A program made the position numbers and the translations under genes. Below are positions 20,332 through 32,700 of a stretch of DNA of 56,549 bases, in pieces. Under the pieces are notes generated by a model. That model was not told the DNA's origin, ran no database searches, and saw nothing but the letters and a program-made list of their open reading frames with translations. Each line of letters starts with the position of its first letter. Position 1 is the stretch's first letter. This DNA is from an uncultured delta proteobacterium. Lineage in GTDB: Bacteria; Desulfobacterota; Binatia; Bin18. The stretch covers positions 1 through 56,549 of the forward strand of contig CAVTCR010000004.1 in the NCBI GenBank assembly GCA_963733195.1, written 5' to 3'.

Positions 20332-20587
20332 ATCCTCCTCAGTGTACGTTCGCTATGTCTTCATTCATATTCTGAAGTCCATGCAACGACCGAGAGAGGC
20401 TCATTGTCAAGGCGATCGCTGAGTTTGTCAAGAAACTCTTGAGACAAATGATCGATATAAGGTGGCAATGGCAGGGGTTACATTTGCTCCATAGACGAGC
20501 CAGATAATATCTTCAGAACGAATCGTCACAAGCTGTCAATATAGAGAATTGATTGTAATTTAGCGTGAAAAAAACCATAATGCCCGC

Positions 20588-21389
20588 ATGTTACAGCAAG
20601 CAATAGACTTTCGCGATGAAAGCGACGCACTCTTCACTCTCCTCGACTCACTAGATGACCAAGCTTGGGAGCGGAAAACCCAATTTAAGGGTTGGACCCT
20701 CAATGATGTCGTTGCCCACTTACACTTTGGCGACTACGCTGCAGACTTATCGTTACAAGATAGCACCGCTTTCAACGACTTCGTGCAACGTATCACGGCA
20801 TCACGCAAGCAAGGGATCGGACACCTAGCCTTCACCCATACGTGGCTTGAAGGAACAAAGAATCGAGCCTTGCTTGAGCGCTGGCACGGTTTCTCTCGGG
20901 AGATGGCAGAACGATTCCTCGTCGCTGATCCCAAACAACGAGTTCAATGGTTTGGCCCCTCTATGAGCGTCCGCTCCAGCATAACAGCGCGACTCATGGA
21001 GACCTGGGCACATGGACAAGCGGTCTACGATCTCCTCGGCCAGATACGACCACAATACCGACCGCATCAAGAACATCGTGGTGATTGGCATCAATACCTT
21101 TGGTTGGACTTTTACCAACCGAGGCCTCCCCGTCCCCGCGGATATGCCCTATGTCCGACTCACAGCTCCATCAGGGGAGATCTGGGAGTGGAACCAATCG
21201 AATCAGGGAGACCGCATCAAGGGAAGCGCGGTAGAGTTTTGTCAAGTCGTAACCCAAGTGCGAAACATTGCTGATACCACACTAAAAGTTGATGGGTCAA
21301 TCGCCACTACCTGGATGTCGATTGCCCAATGTTTTGCTGGCCCACCTGAAAACCCACCAGCCCCAGGAAGCCGGTTCCGGCAAAGGTAA
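20588..21389 (+). CDS. TIGR03084-like DinB/MDMPI-superfamily metal-binding protein (frameshift near 21050)
   Basis: WTLNDVVAHLH, ARLMETWAHGQ, VRLTAPSGEIW, FCQVVTQ, IAQCFAGPP. Confidence 0.85.
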
Positions 21390-21522
21390 GTCGAAAGAAC
21401 GTCAGTCATTCTCCCTGGATTTGCCTGGGATTCAGTAGTCAGTCAAGAGACTCTGCCTCGATCCGTTCCCAGACAGAGCCTGGCATCCAGGAAGATCAAG
21501 CATTGGCCTCCCGTTATACCTC

Positions 21523-21559
21523 CTGGATTCCGGGTCTCGCGTTGCTCGCCCGGAATGAC
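21523..21559. repeat. CTGGATTCCGGG...CCCGGAATGAC palindrome
   Basis: Near-identical to the unit inside 35077..35245. Confidence 0.8.
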
Positions 21560-21644
21560 GTACCCACCATTTACCCCTTATTGCTACTGTGGTGGTCTAC
21601 TAAATTCCTACGACAGGGATCATTCTTCGTTCCCCCAAACACAT

Positions 21645-22679
21645 CTAGTCCCCTCGGCAAATCAGTGACTCCGTTAGGCCACGTACACTGGTTTGACCGC
21701 ACAATGCAAGGCTCGTTACCAATTCCTCACGGATGAGTTGGATTGTACGATCAACACCTGCCGCACCATCAACTGCCAGCCCCCACAGCATGGTTCGCCC
21801 CATCGCTACGACGTTCGCACCCAACGCAAGTGCTTTAATGATATCCGTCCCCCGAGAAAACCCTCCATCGATGATAATCTCGGCACGACCATCAACCGCT
21901 TCGACAATCTCAGGCAATACGTTGATCGTTGCTTGAGTGTGATCCAACTGTCGTCCACCGTGGTTGGAGATCCACACAATTTGTACTCCTGACTCAACTG
22001 CTCGTCGGGCATCTTCGCCTGTCATAATACCCTTGATCCCAAGCGGCACTTTGAGAACGCTCTGTAACCATGCGACATCATCCCACGTCAGCCGTGCCTG
22101 ATAGTTCATATCCGGCGGTGAGGGATTTGGTGCAAATGCACGAGCCGCGCGGGGATCAAATCGTAAAAGTAAGTCACGTTCACGTCGTCCATACACTTGC
22201 AGATCAACCGTAAGACAAACAGCACGATAACCAGAGGCTTCAACTCGTCCGAGCAACTCCTGCGCCCAGGAACGTGGCCCACCGAAATATAACTGAAATA
22301 TCAATGGCCCACTGGTGGCCTGTGCGATTTCCTCCACTGGCCAACCCGTCACACCACTGACAACAGCAAGGGTCTTGCTCGGCGCTGCTCCGCGAGCCAT
22401 TTCTACATCGCCTTGGGGATGAAACAGGATAATACTTCCCATCGGAGCGACGGCGATCGGCATAGGCAACTCCATACCGAGAAAACGAGTAGTGAGGTCA
22501 ACGTTGCGGACATCGACCAATACGCGCTGACGAATTGCCAAACGTTGGATAGCCTGACGATTACGACGGAGCGTGGTCTCACTTTCGGCACCGCCAGCTC
22601 CGAACGCCCACGCACCAGGCGGCAGCAAGCGTTTCGCGGCACGGCGGATCTCTGACAGCGTCATGAAACGTTCTGACAT
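21645..22679 (-). CDS. FMN-dependent alpha-hydroxy-acid oxidase/dehydrogenase
   Basis: LTVD, IKGI, SNHGGRQLD, DGGFSRGTDIIKALALGA. Confidence 0.93.
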   Translation of the reverse strand: MSERFMTLSEIRRAAKRLLPPGAWAFGAGGAESETTLRRNRQAIQRLAIRQRVLVDVRNVDLTTRFLGMELPMPIAVAPMGSIILFHPQGDVEMARGAAPSKTLAVVSGVTGWPVEEIAQATSGPLIFQLYFGGPRSWAQELLGRVEASGYRAVCLTVDLQVYGRRERDLLLRFDPRAARAFAPNPSPPDMNYQARLTWDDVAWLQSVLKVPLGIKGIMTGEDARRAVESGVQIVWISNHGGRQLDHTQATINVLPEIVEAVDGRAEIIIDGGFSRGTDIIKALALGANVVAMGRTMLWGLAVDGAAGVDRTIQLIREELVTSLALCGQTSVRGLTESLICRGD

Positions 22680-22698
22680 GTCGGTTCCTTCCCTTACT

Positions 22699-22733
22699 CT
22701 TTCGTCTCTACTCTGTCACGGCTAATCATGCTA
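22699..22733 (+). repeat. 35-bp imperfect direct repeat, left copy (pair at 35328..35362)
   Basis: ctttcgtctctactctgtcacggctaatcatgcta; 31/35 identical. Confidence 0.8.
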
Positions 22734-22779
22734 AATCAAACCACACGAGATTCGTATAGATGCTCATCTGTTCTCTCTG

Positions 22780-22839
22780 GTAGCGTGCGCCATGCGCACG
22801 AATGGCGGTGCGGGGGGTCGCGCGCACAGCGCGCGCTAC
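22780..22839. repeat. GTAG-type REP doublet
   Basis: gtagcgtgcgccatgcgcacg ... cgcgcgcacagcgcgcgctac. Confidence 0.75.
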
Positions 22840-22864
22840 ACGAAGTATACTCATGATCTGTTTG

Positions 22865-23335
22865 TCACACTGATGGCCGCCGCTGCGGTTCCTCAGGAAG
22901 CACAGACACAGTCAGCCAATACTCGAAGAACAGCCACAAGGCACGAGTCAATTTCTCGAGATCGACCGGCTTTACCAGATACGTGTTCGCCCCATGTGCA
23001 TAACAAAACATGATGTCTTTCACATTCGCCGAGGTCGAGATCACCGCCACGGGAATGTGTTTGAGTGCCTCCTCACTTTTGATCTCCTGGAGCACTGCAC
23101 GGCCGTCTTTCCCTGGTACATTCAAGTCCAACAAAATCAGCACAGGACGTGGCGCAGTTGCGGGATCGCTATAGCGCCCCTGGTGCCGAAGAAAATCTAG
23201 GGCCTGTTGTCCAGTGATACAACGGAACACCGGATTGGTGAGCCCCTGCTTGCGCATCAGCCGCTGCAGAGTCGCGAAATCTTCGTTATTGTCCTCCAGG
23301 ACAAGGAGGGGACGAGAATCAAGATCCTCGTTCAT
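22865..23335 (-). CDS. Single-domain response regulator (Rcp1-like)
   Basis: LEDNNED, LILLDLNVP, STS, ANTYLVKP; ATGA overlap with the upstream regulator. Confidence 0.92.
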   Translation of the reverse strand: MNEDLDSRPLLVLEDNNEDFATLQRLMRKQGLTNPVFRCITGQQALDFLRHQGRYSDPATAPRPVLILLDLNVPGKDGRAVLQEIKSEEALKHIPVAVISTSANVKDIMFCYAHGANTYLVKPVDLEKLTRALWLFFEYWLTVSVLPEEPQRRPSV

Positions 23336-23784
23336 GTCATGACCTCCGGTACCGTTGCCATGCCCAGCCAAAATTCGACCAGCGTCCGTATCACGAGGAA
23401 GAACCGCTCTATCTCGAGCGGTTTGATGATAAAACAGTTCACAGGAATCTGGTACAGAGCATATACATCCTGGGGAGAAGCAGAGGATGTCAGCATAACT
23501 ACCACCAGGTGTCGTAAAGCCGGTTCCTGGCGGATGGCGGTCAGCAGCTCACGCCCATTAAGGCCGGGTAGATTGAGGTCCAGCACCACCAAGTCAGGCC
23601 GTGACGCCGTCGCGTACGGGGCTTCACGGTGCAAGAACTTCAACGCTTCCCAACCACTGTCGATGGCGGTCAGATGGTGCGGTATGGAACATCCTTGCAA
23701 AGCTTCAGTGACGAGGCGGATATCGGCCGGCGAGTCTTCTACTAACAGGATTTCAGCTGGGCGGCTGCGGTGGTACAAGCTCAT
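23332..23784 (-). CDS. Single-domain response regulator (Rcp1-like)
   Basis: VEDSPAD, VVLDLNLP, MLTSS, NCFIIKP. Confidence 0.92.
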   Translation of the reverse strand: MSLYHRSRPAEILLVEDSPADIRLVTEALQGCSIPHHLTAIDSGWEALKFLHREAPYATASRPDLVVLDLNLPGLNGRELLTAIRQEPALRHLVVVMLTSSASPQDVYALYQIPVNCFIIKPLEIERFFLVIRTLVEFWLGMATVPEVMT

Positions 23785-23799
23785 CAGACACTCCTGAGA

Positions 23800-23925
23800 A
23801 ATGATGAATTAGAATGCTGAATGATGAATTAAAAATTATCCTCGTCTTCCATTCATCATTCATCGTTCCGCGTTCATCATTTTTCTCTCGTTCATCGTTC
23901 ATCATTTATCATTCAGCGTTTATCT
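23800..23925. repeat. Inverted 7-bp arrays (AATGATG / (A/G)TTCATC)
   Basis: aatgatg...aatgctg aatgatg ... attcatc attcatc gttccgc gttcatc ... gttcatc gttcatc atttatc attcagc gtttatc; includes the kinase stop codon. Confidence 0.85.
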
Positions 23926-25423
23926 TTGCTGTTCAGCCTGGAGTGTAAAAAAGAAGCTAGCCCCGTTCCCGACCGTAGATTCGACCCACACTCGCCCACC
24001 ATGCTGCTCGACGATTTTTCGGCAAATGGCGAGCCCGATGCCGGTCCCGGGGTACTCAGTGCGCGTATGCAAACGCTGAAACACCTGAAAGAGGCGCTTG
24101 GTCTGCGCAGGATCAATGCCGATACCGTTATCACGCACACAGAACTGCCAGTGCTGCGCCTTGCGCTGGGCGGAGATATGAATCCGCAACGGCTCCTGCC
24201 TACGAAACTTGAGGGCATTACCGATCAAATTCTGCAACACCTGGCCTAAACGGGTGGCATTGCCCTGAACCGTGGGCAACGGGTCGTAGGTGATCGTGGC
24301 ACCGCTCTCCGTAATGACAGTCTGTAGATCGGTCAAGACCCGCACCAGTAATGCGTTACAGTCTACAGAGGTGAACTGCTCAACTCCCCCGCCCACCCGC
24401 GTGTAGGCGAGCAAGTCAGCGATCATCTGCTGCATACGCCGCGCACCGTCCACGACAAAGCCAACGTACTCCTGTCCCTTCGGCGTGAGTTGCTCTGACA
24501 TCTCTAGAGTCAAGAGTTGGAGGAAGTTACTGATTGTACGTAGGGGCTCGTTCAGGTCATGGGAGACGACGTAGGAGAATTGCCGCAGTTCATCGTTAAT
24601 ACGCCGCAGTTCCGCCGTCTGGCGGGCGAGAGCTTCCTCCGCCTGTTTACGGGCGGTGATGTCGGTAACATAGCCAATAATGCCCGTGGGAACCTCTCTC
24701 TTGTCCCGCAAGAACGAGAGCGAGGCGTGCACGTAAAGCTCCTTCCCCGATCGGTGGTGCTGCCGCACTTCGAGATCATGTTGGCCGTGCTCTCGTAACG
24801 GTGCCAGCACGAGTGAGGAGAATTGCGCATGAATCTCCTGCGGGAAAGAGCATGAGGGCCGGATGCCCGATCATCTCCGTGTCCGTATACCCAAACAGCC
24901 GTTCCGCGCCTTTGTTCCAACTCATGACGACGGCATCCAGGTCAGTGGTAATGATCGCATCATGGGTCTGATCAATGATCTCCGCCTGGCGGCGTAACTG
25001 TTGGTGCTGCGCTTCGAGCGTCCGGCGCAGCGTGACTTTTTCAATGGCATTGGCGATGGCACTCCGCAAGCGGTCCAGAGTCAGCCTACCTTTAACAAGG
25101 TAATCCTGCGCTCCACATTTCATCGCTTCCACCGCGACAGTCTCATTGCCGGTGCCGGTCAGCACCACCACCGCTGGCGCCTGAGAGTCGAGCTGTTCGT
25201 GTAACTGCGTTAGAAACTGTAGGCCGTCGAGATCCGGCAGCCGGTAATCAAGCAACAGACAGTCTGGTTGGAACGTCTGGCACGCAACCAGACCTCTGTT
25301 GCCTAAATCCACTTCTTCAAAAAGATAAGTGGCATCGGGATCCCGCTGCAAGAGACGCCGGTAGGTTGCGCGATCCTCCACGCTATCGTCCACAATGAGA
25401 ATTTTTCGCTGTGGCTTACTCAT
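23920..25423 (-). CDS. REC-PAS-histidine kinase (frameshift near 24800)
   Basis: IVDD/LLDY receiver, WNKGAERLFGY PAS, SHDLNEPL H-box, NLIGNA, DNGIG, GTGIGL. Confidence 0.92.
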
Positions 25424-25478
25424 AAACGATGAATTATGAATACTGAATGCTGACTACTGTTTACTTTCCCCCTACTGA

Positions 25479-26669
25479 CTACTTGTTTCCAATCGTAAAA
25501 TAAAAGGCTGCGCCATTCCCGACCGTTGACTCTATCCATACGTGGCCGCCATGGTGTTCAATAATCTTCTTAACGACGGTTAACCCGACACCCAGGCCAC
25601 CGCCGAAGTCGTCGCGCGGGTGGAGCCGCCGGAAGATCTCGAAGACCTTGTCGTTGTGCTCCGGTGCGATGCCAATGCCGTTGTCACGCACGAAGAAGAC
25701 GGACGGCTCATCGGTCGCGCTTGCATCACGTATGCCGATTTCCACCCATTTCTCAGCTTTGTCGTTATACTTGATAGCATTGCTGAGTAGATTGACCATG
25801 ACTTCCGTGAGTTGGGCACGATCGCCCCGCACACAAGGGAACACCTTTGGATAGCGCACCTGCACGCTCTCTGCATCGATACGTGGTTTGAGCATTTCCA
25901 TTGCGTCTTGCAAAACGTGAGTGAGATTGACTTCCACCAGGGTTGGATCAGCCCGATTGAGGCGGGAGTAGTGGAGCAGGGAGTCAATCAAGGCTTCCAT
26001 TCGCTGAGAGAGCCGCACCAGCGCTTGTAGCTGTTCCGTCGCTTCGGTGCCGAATTTGTCTCCATAGTCTTCCATCAGAAAATGCGAGTAGTTATGAATG
26101 CCGCGCAGTGGCTCACGCAGATCGTGGGAGGCGATGTAGGCAAAGTCGTCGAGTTCCCGATTACTCCGTGTGAGCTCGGTGTTGAGCGCGATGAGTTCCT
26201 CATTTGCGCGCTGCAAGTCGACCGTCCGCTCGATAACCCGCTGCTCTAATTCGATATTCAACCGCGCCAATTGCCGCGTCTTGCGGTAGAGTTCAGCAAA
26301 GACGCTGACTTTTGCACGCAAAAGATCCGGAATAACCGGAACGGAAATGTAGTCCACCGCCCCATGGGCGTAGCCCTTGATCTGATCGACGTCTGTCAGA
26401 TGCACGGCGGAGATAAAGATAATCGCCGTTTGCTGGTAGCGAGGATGCTGACGGATGATCTCCGCCAGTTCAAAGCCATCGATCTCCGGCATACTCACAT
26501 CCATCAGCACGACGGCGATGTCGGTTTTCAGCAGATGCTCCAGCGCCTCCCGGCCCGAATTGGCCTTGATTAAGTTTTCTCCCAGCTCACTCAGGATAAC
26601 CTCGTAACTGAGCAGCTTGGAAGGCTGATCATCCACCATAAGAATGTTGACTCGCTCGTGTTCGCTCAT
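25479..26669 (-). CDS. REC-histidine kinase hybrid (OsaB-like receiver plus coiled coil)
   Basis: MVDD, LMDVSMP, SHDLREPL, NLLSNA, DNGIG, GLGVGL. Confidence 0.93.
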   Translation of the reverse strand: MSEHERVNILMVDDQPSKLLSYEVILSELGENLIKANSGREALEHLLKTDIAVVLMDVSMPEIDGFELAEIIRQHPRYQQTAIIFISAVHLTDVDQIKGYAHGAVDYISVPVIPDLLRAKVSVFAELYRKTRQLARLNIELEQRVIERTVDLQRANEELIALNTELTRSNRELDDFAYIASHDLREPLRGIHNYSHFLMEDYGDKFGTEATEQLQALVRLSQRMEALIDSLLHYSRLNRADPTLVEVNLTHVLQDAMEMLKPRIDAESVQVRYPKVFPCVRGDRAQLTEVMVNLLSNAIKYNDKAEKWVEIGIRDASATDEPSVFFVRDNGIGIAPEHNDKVFEIFRRLHPRDDFGGGLGVGLTVVKKIIEHHGGHVWIESTVGNGAAFYFTIGNK

Positions 26670-26683
26670 TCTTTTCCTCTAAA

Positions 26684-26765
26684 GAGTAGCCAGTAGTCAG
26701 TAGCCAGTAACCAGGCATGGACTCTCTTTCTTTACTGACTACTGAATGCTGATTACTGATTACTT
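26684..26765. repeat. Inverted 7-bp arrays (CAGTAGC / (C/T)TACTGA)
   Basis: gagtagc cagtagt cagtagc cagtaac ... ttactga ctactga atgctga ttactga. Confidence 0.85.
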
Positions 26766-26777
26766 TTCCCCAAGTGC

Positions 26778-29700
26778 CTATCGGTGCAACCACATCCTCA
26801 AGGCTGACAACAATTGATCGGTGTTGACCGGTTTGGCGAGGTAGTCGGACGCGCCGGCTTCCAGGCACTTCTCGCGATCGCCTTTCATTGCTTTGGCGGT
26901 CAGAGCAATGATGGGCAGTCGCTGGAACGCCGGGTTCTCTCGGATCACTCGCATGGTCTCGTAACCATCCATTTCCGGCATCATAATATCCATCAGCACG
27001 ATCGTCACATCAGGTGTTGAGTCGAGGATGTCAATCGCCTCACGACCGGTACCAGCGGTCAGCACAGTCATGCCACGGCGTTCCAGCACGCTGCTGAGCG
27101 CGAAGATATTCCGCACGTCGTCGTCTACGACCAACACTTTTCTCCCCATCAGGGCGTCGTCAGAGCGGTGCAGCCGGTCGAGCATCTGCTGCTTTTCTGT
27201 CGGCAGGTCGGAGACCACCCGGTGCAAGAACAACGCCGTCTCGTCCAGTAGCCGTTCCGGCGACTCGACTCCCTTAACCACCACACTCCGGGCCAATGTG
27301 TGCAGTTGGGCGTCTTCCTCCGGCGACAGCTCCTTCCCAGTGAAAACTACCACCGGCAAGTCGCTCAGCGCGGTGTTGTCGCGCATGCGCTCCAATACCT
27401 CAAACCCCGTCATGTCGGGCAGACGTAAGTCGAGCACCGCGCAATCGAAGGCTTGTTCACTCAGCGTAACGAGCGCCTCCTTACCCGTCCCAGCCACGGT
27501 AATGTCGATATCGTCGTAGCCTAATAACTCCCTGATGCTCAACTGCTCGGCGGCGTTGTCTTCCACCACTAGCAGTCGCTTGCGGCGTGGTGCAGCGTAG
27601 TCCTTGATCCGCGCCAGCGCCGCCTCCAAGCCCTCAGTCGTCGTGGGTTTGGTGACAAAGGCGAACGCGCCGCGTGCCAGGCCGTGTTGCCGATCTTCAT
27701 CCAACGTCAACATCTGCACCGGGATGTGCCGCGTGGCCGGGTCTTGCTTCAGATGGTTGAGTACTGTCCATCCCAGCATGTCGGGGAGGAACACATCCAG
27801 TGATACAGCCGTCGGGCGGAACTCGCGGGCCAAGGCGAGAGCCTCGGCACCGTGCATGGCCACGAGCACCTTAAACCCTTTGTCGCGGGCCAAGTCACAC
27901 ATGATGCGAGCATAGCCCGGATCGTCTTCGACAATGAGTAAGACAGCGTCATCGGGCTGCAAGGTCTCGCGGTCGTCTGGGATCTTCTCGACCGGGCGTT
28001 CTGCTGTACGCGGGAGCGATATGGCGACAGACGGCGAGGTCCTGCGCAGCCTTATCGACTCGTACCGTCGCCGTGGGCGAGGACGGACCAACGTAGGCCT
28101 GCGGCAGGTAAAGGGTAAAGGTGCTGCCCGAGCCAGGCGCGCTACGCAACTGGATTTCGCCACCCAGTAGGCTGGCCAGCTCGCGGCTGATGGCCAAGCC
28201 CAGGCCAGTGCCACCATACTTGCGACTCGTACCGGCGTCGGCTTGCTGGAAGGCTTCGAAGATAATGCGCTGCTTCTCAAACGGAATGCCGATGCCCGTG
28301 TCAGCAACTTCAAAGGCGATCACCGATGATGCCCCCTTGAGAATTGGATGATCATCACTCCAGCCGCCTACAGCAGCCGAGACGCTGAGGCGTACTCCAC
28401 CTTGCTCGGTAAACTTGAAGGCGTTGGAGAGGAGATTCTTGAGCACCTGCTGCAACCGCTTCGAGTCAGTCACTAAGCTGCGCATGAGATGCGGATCTGT
28501 ATGGACGTCGAAGCTGAGTCGCCGGTTCTCGGCCTCGTGGCGGAACGGGCGCGCGACCACGTCGAGCAGGTTGGAGAAAAAGATCTCCTCGGCATCCACC
28601 GATACCGTACCGGATTCGATCTTGGACAAGTCGAGGATATCGCTGATCAAGTTGAGTAAGTCTGTTCCCGCGCCGTGAATAGTGCGAGAGAATTCAACCT
28701 GCCGGTCAGTGAGATTACCGTCCGGATTTTCGCTGAGCTGTTGCCCAAGCACCAGGATGCTGTTGAGCGGCGTGCGTAGCTCATGCGACATATTGGCCAG
28801 GAATTCGGACTTGTACTTTGAGGTCAGAGCCAACTCTGCTGCTTTCTCTTCCAGCGCCCGGCGGGCCTGTTCAATTTCCTGGTTTTTGCGTTCTACCTCG
28901 ACGTTCCGCTCAGCGAGCTGCTCGGCTTTCTGCGCGAGCTGCTCGTTGGTCTGCTGCAACTCTTTCTGCTGTGTCTGTAACTCAACGGCGAGCTGCTGCG
29001 ACTGTTTGAGCAGCCCTTCGGTCTGCATCGTTGCTTCAATGCTGTTAAGCACAATGCCGATGCTGGCCGTGAGTTGTTCAAGGAACGCCAGATGCGATGG
29101 CGCGAATTCATTGAGGGATGCTAAGGCAATGACCGCCTTGACTTGATCCTCGAAGAGTACGGGCAGGACGATAATGCCGCGGGGAAGGGCTTGCAGGAAA
29201 ACGGACCCGACCACCGACGTATCGGGTGGCACTTGCGCGACCACTATACGTCGCTTCTCGATGGCGCACTGACCGATGAATCCTTGCCCCATTGCGAGCT
29301 GTGGGGGGTAGCCATCGTTATGGCTGTTGGCGTAACTGGCCAGCATCTTGAGGTGCGGTGTGCCTTCGTTGTCCATCTGGTAGATAAGACCCTGGTGGGC
29401 GTTGACCAGCGGCACCAGTTCAGACAGGAGCAGCTTACCGACTGCGACCAAATCACGCTGGCCTTGCAACATCCCGGTAATCCGGGCGAGGTTCGTCTTA
29501 AGCCAGTCCTGTTCGGTATTGCGGTCGGTGGTAAGCCGCAGGTTATTGATCATGGTGTTGATGTTGTCTTTGAGATCGGCGACTTCACCGCTGGCCTCGA
29601 CCTGAATGGAGCGGGTTAAGTCACCCTGAGTGACGGCGGTGGCGACCTCGGCGATCGCTCGCACTTGGCGGGTCAAGTTATCAGCCAATAGGTTGACGTT

Positions 29701-32700
29701 CCCTGTAAGATCTTTCCAGGTGCCGGTGGCATTGGGCACATTGGCCTGACCGCCCAACTTCCCTTCGCTGCCGACCTCACGCGCTACGGTCGTCACCTGG
29801 TCAGCAAAGGTGGCCAACGTATCCGTCACGTTGTTAATCGTATCGGCAAGTGCCGCGACCTCGCCCTTGGCGTTCACTGTCAGTTTCTGCTTGAGATCGC
29901 CGTCGGCGACAGCGGTCACAACTTTCACAATCCCTCGCACTTGCTCGGTGAGATTGGCGGCCATAAAGTTGACCGAGTCGGTAAGGTCCTTCCACGTCCC
30001 CGCCACACCTGGCACGTTGGCTTGCCCACCCAGTTTGCCCTCGGTTCCCACCTCGCGCGCCACACGGGTCACCTCACTCGCGAAGGCGTTGAGCTGGTCG
30101 ACCATGGTGTTAATCGTGTCCTTGAGTTCGAGGATCTCGCCTTTCACGTCCACGGTAATCTTGCGCGAGAGGTCACCGCGGGCCACAGCTGTGGTCACTG
30201 TCGCGATGTTGCGCACCTGCTCGGTGAGATTGGCGGCCATAAAGTTGACCGAGTCGGTAAGGTCCTTCCAGGTCCCCGCCACGCCCGGCACGTTGGCTTG
30301 CCCACCCAGTCGTCCATCACTTCCTACCTCACGCGCCACCCGTGTCACTTCGGCAGCGAATGAACGGAGCTGCTCAACCATAGTGTTCAGGGTTTCCTTG
30401 AGCTGGAGGATTTCACCACTCACGTTCACCGTGATCTTTTTCGAGAGGTCACCGGTGGCAATAGCAGTAGCCACTTCAGCAATGTTCCGTACCTGACCGG
30501 TGAGGTTACTGGCCATCGAGTTGACCGAGTCGGTGAGGTCCTTCCACGTCCCCGCTACACCCGGCACGTTGGCCTGCCCGCCTAAGCGGCCTTCAGAGCC
30601 CACCTCACGCGCCACCCGCGTCACTTCTGAGGCAAAGGCACGCAGTTGGTCCACCATGGTGTTGATCGTGTCCTTGAGTTCGAGGATCTCGCCTTTCACG
30701 TCCACGGTAATCTTGCGCGAGAGATCACCGCGGGCCACGGCAGTCGTCACCTCGGCGATGTTCCGTACCTGACCGGTGAGGTTACTGGCCATCGAGTTGA
30801 CCGAGTCGGTGAGGTCCTTCCACGTCCCCGCCACACCCGGCACAACGCCCTGACCGCCCAACTTCCCTTCGCTACCGACCTCACGCGCCACGCGCGTCAC
30901 CTCGGCGGCGAATGAGCGTAACTGCTCGACCATGGTGTTGAGCGTTTCCTTTAATTGGAGAATTTCGCCGCGTACATCCACCGTGATCTTGCGTGAGAGG
31001 TCACCACTGGCGATAGCCGTCGCCACTTCAGCGATGTTCCGCACCTGACCGGTGAGGTTACTGGCCATCGAGTTGACGTTGTCAGTCAAGTCCTTCCACA
31101 CGCCGCTCACACCGCCGACCTGTGCTTGCCCACCCAGTTTGCCCTCAGTTCCCACTTCACGTGCCACGCGGGTCACCTCACCGGCGAAGGCATTCAGTTG
31201 ATCCACCATGGTGTTCAGGGTGTTTTTCAGTTCCAGAATTTCGCCCTTCACATCCACCGTGATCTTGCGTGAGAGGTCACCACGTGCCACAGCCGTTGCC
31301 ACCTCGGCGATGCTACGGACCTGACCGGTGAGGTTACTGGCCATCGAGTTGACCGAGTCGGTGAGGTCCTTCCACGTCCCCGCCACCCCCGGCACGTTGG
31401 CCTGCCCGCCTAAGCGGCCTTCAGAGCCCACCTCACGCGCCACACGGGTGACTTCACCGGCGAAGCGGTTGAGTTGGTCCACCATCGTGTTCAATGTCTC
31501 TTTGAGCTGGAGAATTTCGCCGCGTACGTCCACGGTAATCTTGCGCGAGAGGTCACCACTGGCGATAGCCGTCGCCACTTCAGCGATGTTCCGCACCTGA
31601 CCGGTGAGGTTACTGGCCATCGAGTTGACCGAGTCGGTGAGGTCCTTCCACGTCCCCGCCACCCCCGGCACGTTGGCCTGTCCGCCCAATCGCCCGTCCG
31701 TACCCACTTCGCGCGCCACACGGGTAACTTCACCGGCAAACGAGTTGAGCTGGTCCACCATCGTGTTCAGGGTATCTTTGAGTTCGAGGAGTTCGCCCTT
31801 CACATCCGCGGTGATTTTGCGTGAGAGGTCACCGCGTGCCACAGCCGTCGCCACTTCAGCGATGTTGCGCACCTGACCGGTGAGGTTACTGGCCATCGAG
31901 TTGACGTTGTCAGTGAGGTCCTTCCAGGTACCGCCCACACCGGGCACTTGCGCTTGGCCGCCCAGTTTGCCATCCGTACCCACTTCGCGCGCCACACGCG
32001 TCACTTCACCGGCGAACGAGTTGAGCTGGTCCACCATCGTGTTGATGGTGTTCTTGAGTTCGAGGATCTCGCCTTTCACGTCCACAGTGATCTTACGCGA
32101 GAGGTCGCCGCTAGCCACGGCGGTAGTCACCTCGGCGATGTTGCGCACCTGGGCAGTCAGGTTACTGGCCATCGAGTTGACGTTATCGGTGAGATCCTTC
32201 CAGGTGCCAGCCACACCAAGCACTTGTGCTTGGCCGCCTAACCGGCCTTCAGAGCCCACCTCGCGCGCCACACGGGTGACTTCACCGGCGAACGAGTTGA
32301 GCTGGTCCACCATCGTGTTGATCGCTTCTTTGAGCTGAAGAATTTCACCGCTCGCAGTCACAGTAATCTTCTTGGAGAGGTCACCACCAGCGATGGCGGT
32401 GGTGACCGTAGCGATGTTGCGCACCTGGGCGGTCAGGTTACTGGCCATCGAGTTGACCGAGTCGGTGAGGTCCTTCCAGGTGCCGCCCACGCCGGGCACT
32501 ATGGCTTGGCCACCCAGTTTGCCGTCGGTACCCACTTCGCGCGCTACACGCGTCACTTCCGAGGCAAACGAGCGCAACTGGTCCACCATCGTGTTGATCG
32601 TATCCTTGAGTTCGAGGAGTTCGCCTTTGACATCCACCGTAATCTTGCGGGACAAGTCGCCACGGGCCACGGCGATGGTCACCTCGGCAATGTTGCGCAC

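Noticed and set aside
21645-22679. Mycofactocin maturation enzyme MftD
   Set aside because: Only generic family motifs are visible and no mftA/B/C genes are nearby.
22792-23013. 73-aa plus-strand ORF as a functional gene
   Set aside because: It is a patchwork of REP sequence, the LLM scar and antisense regulator sequence.
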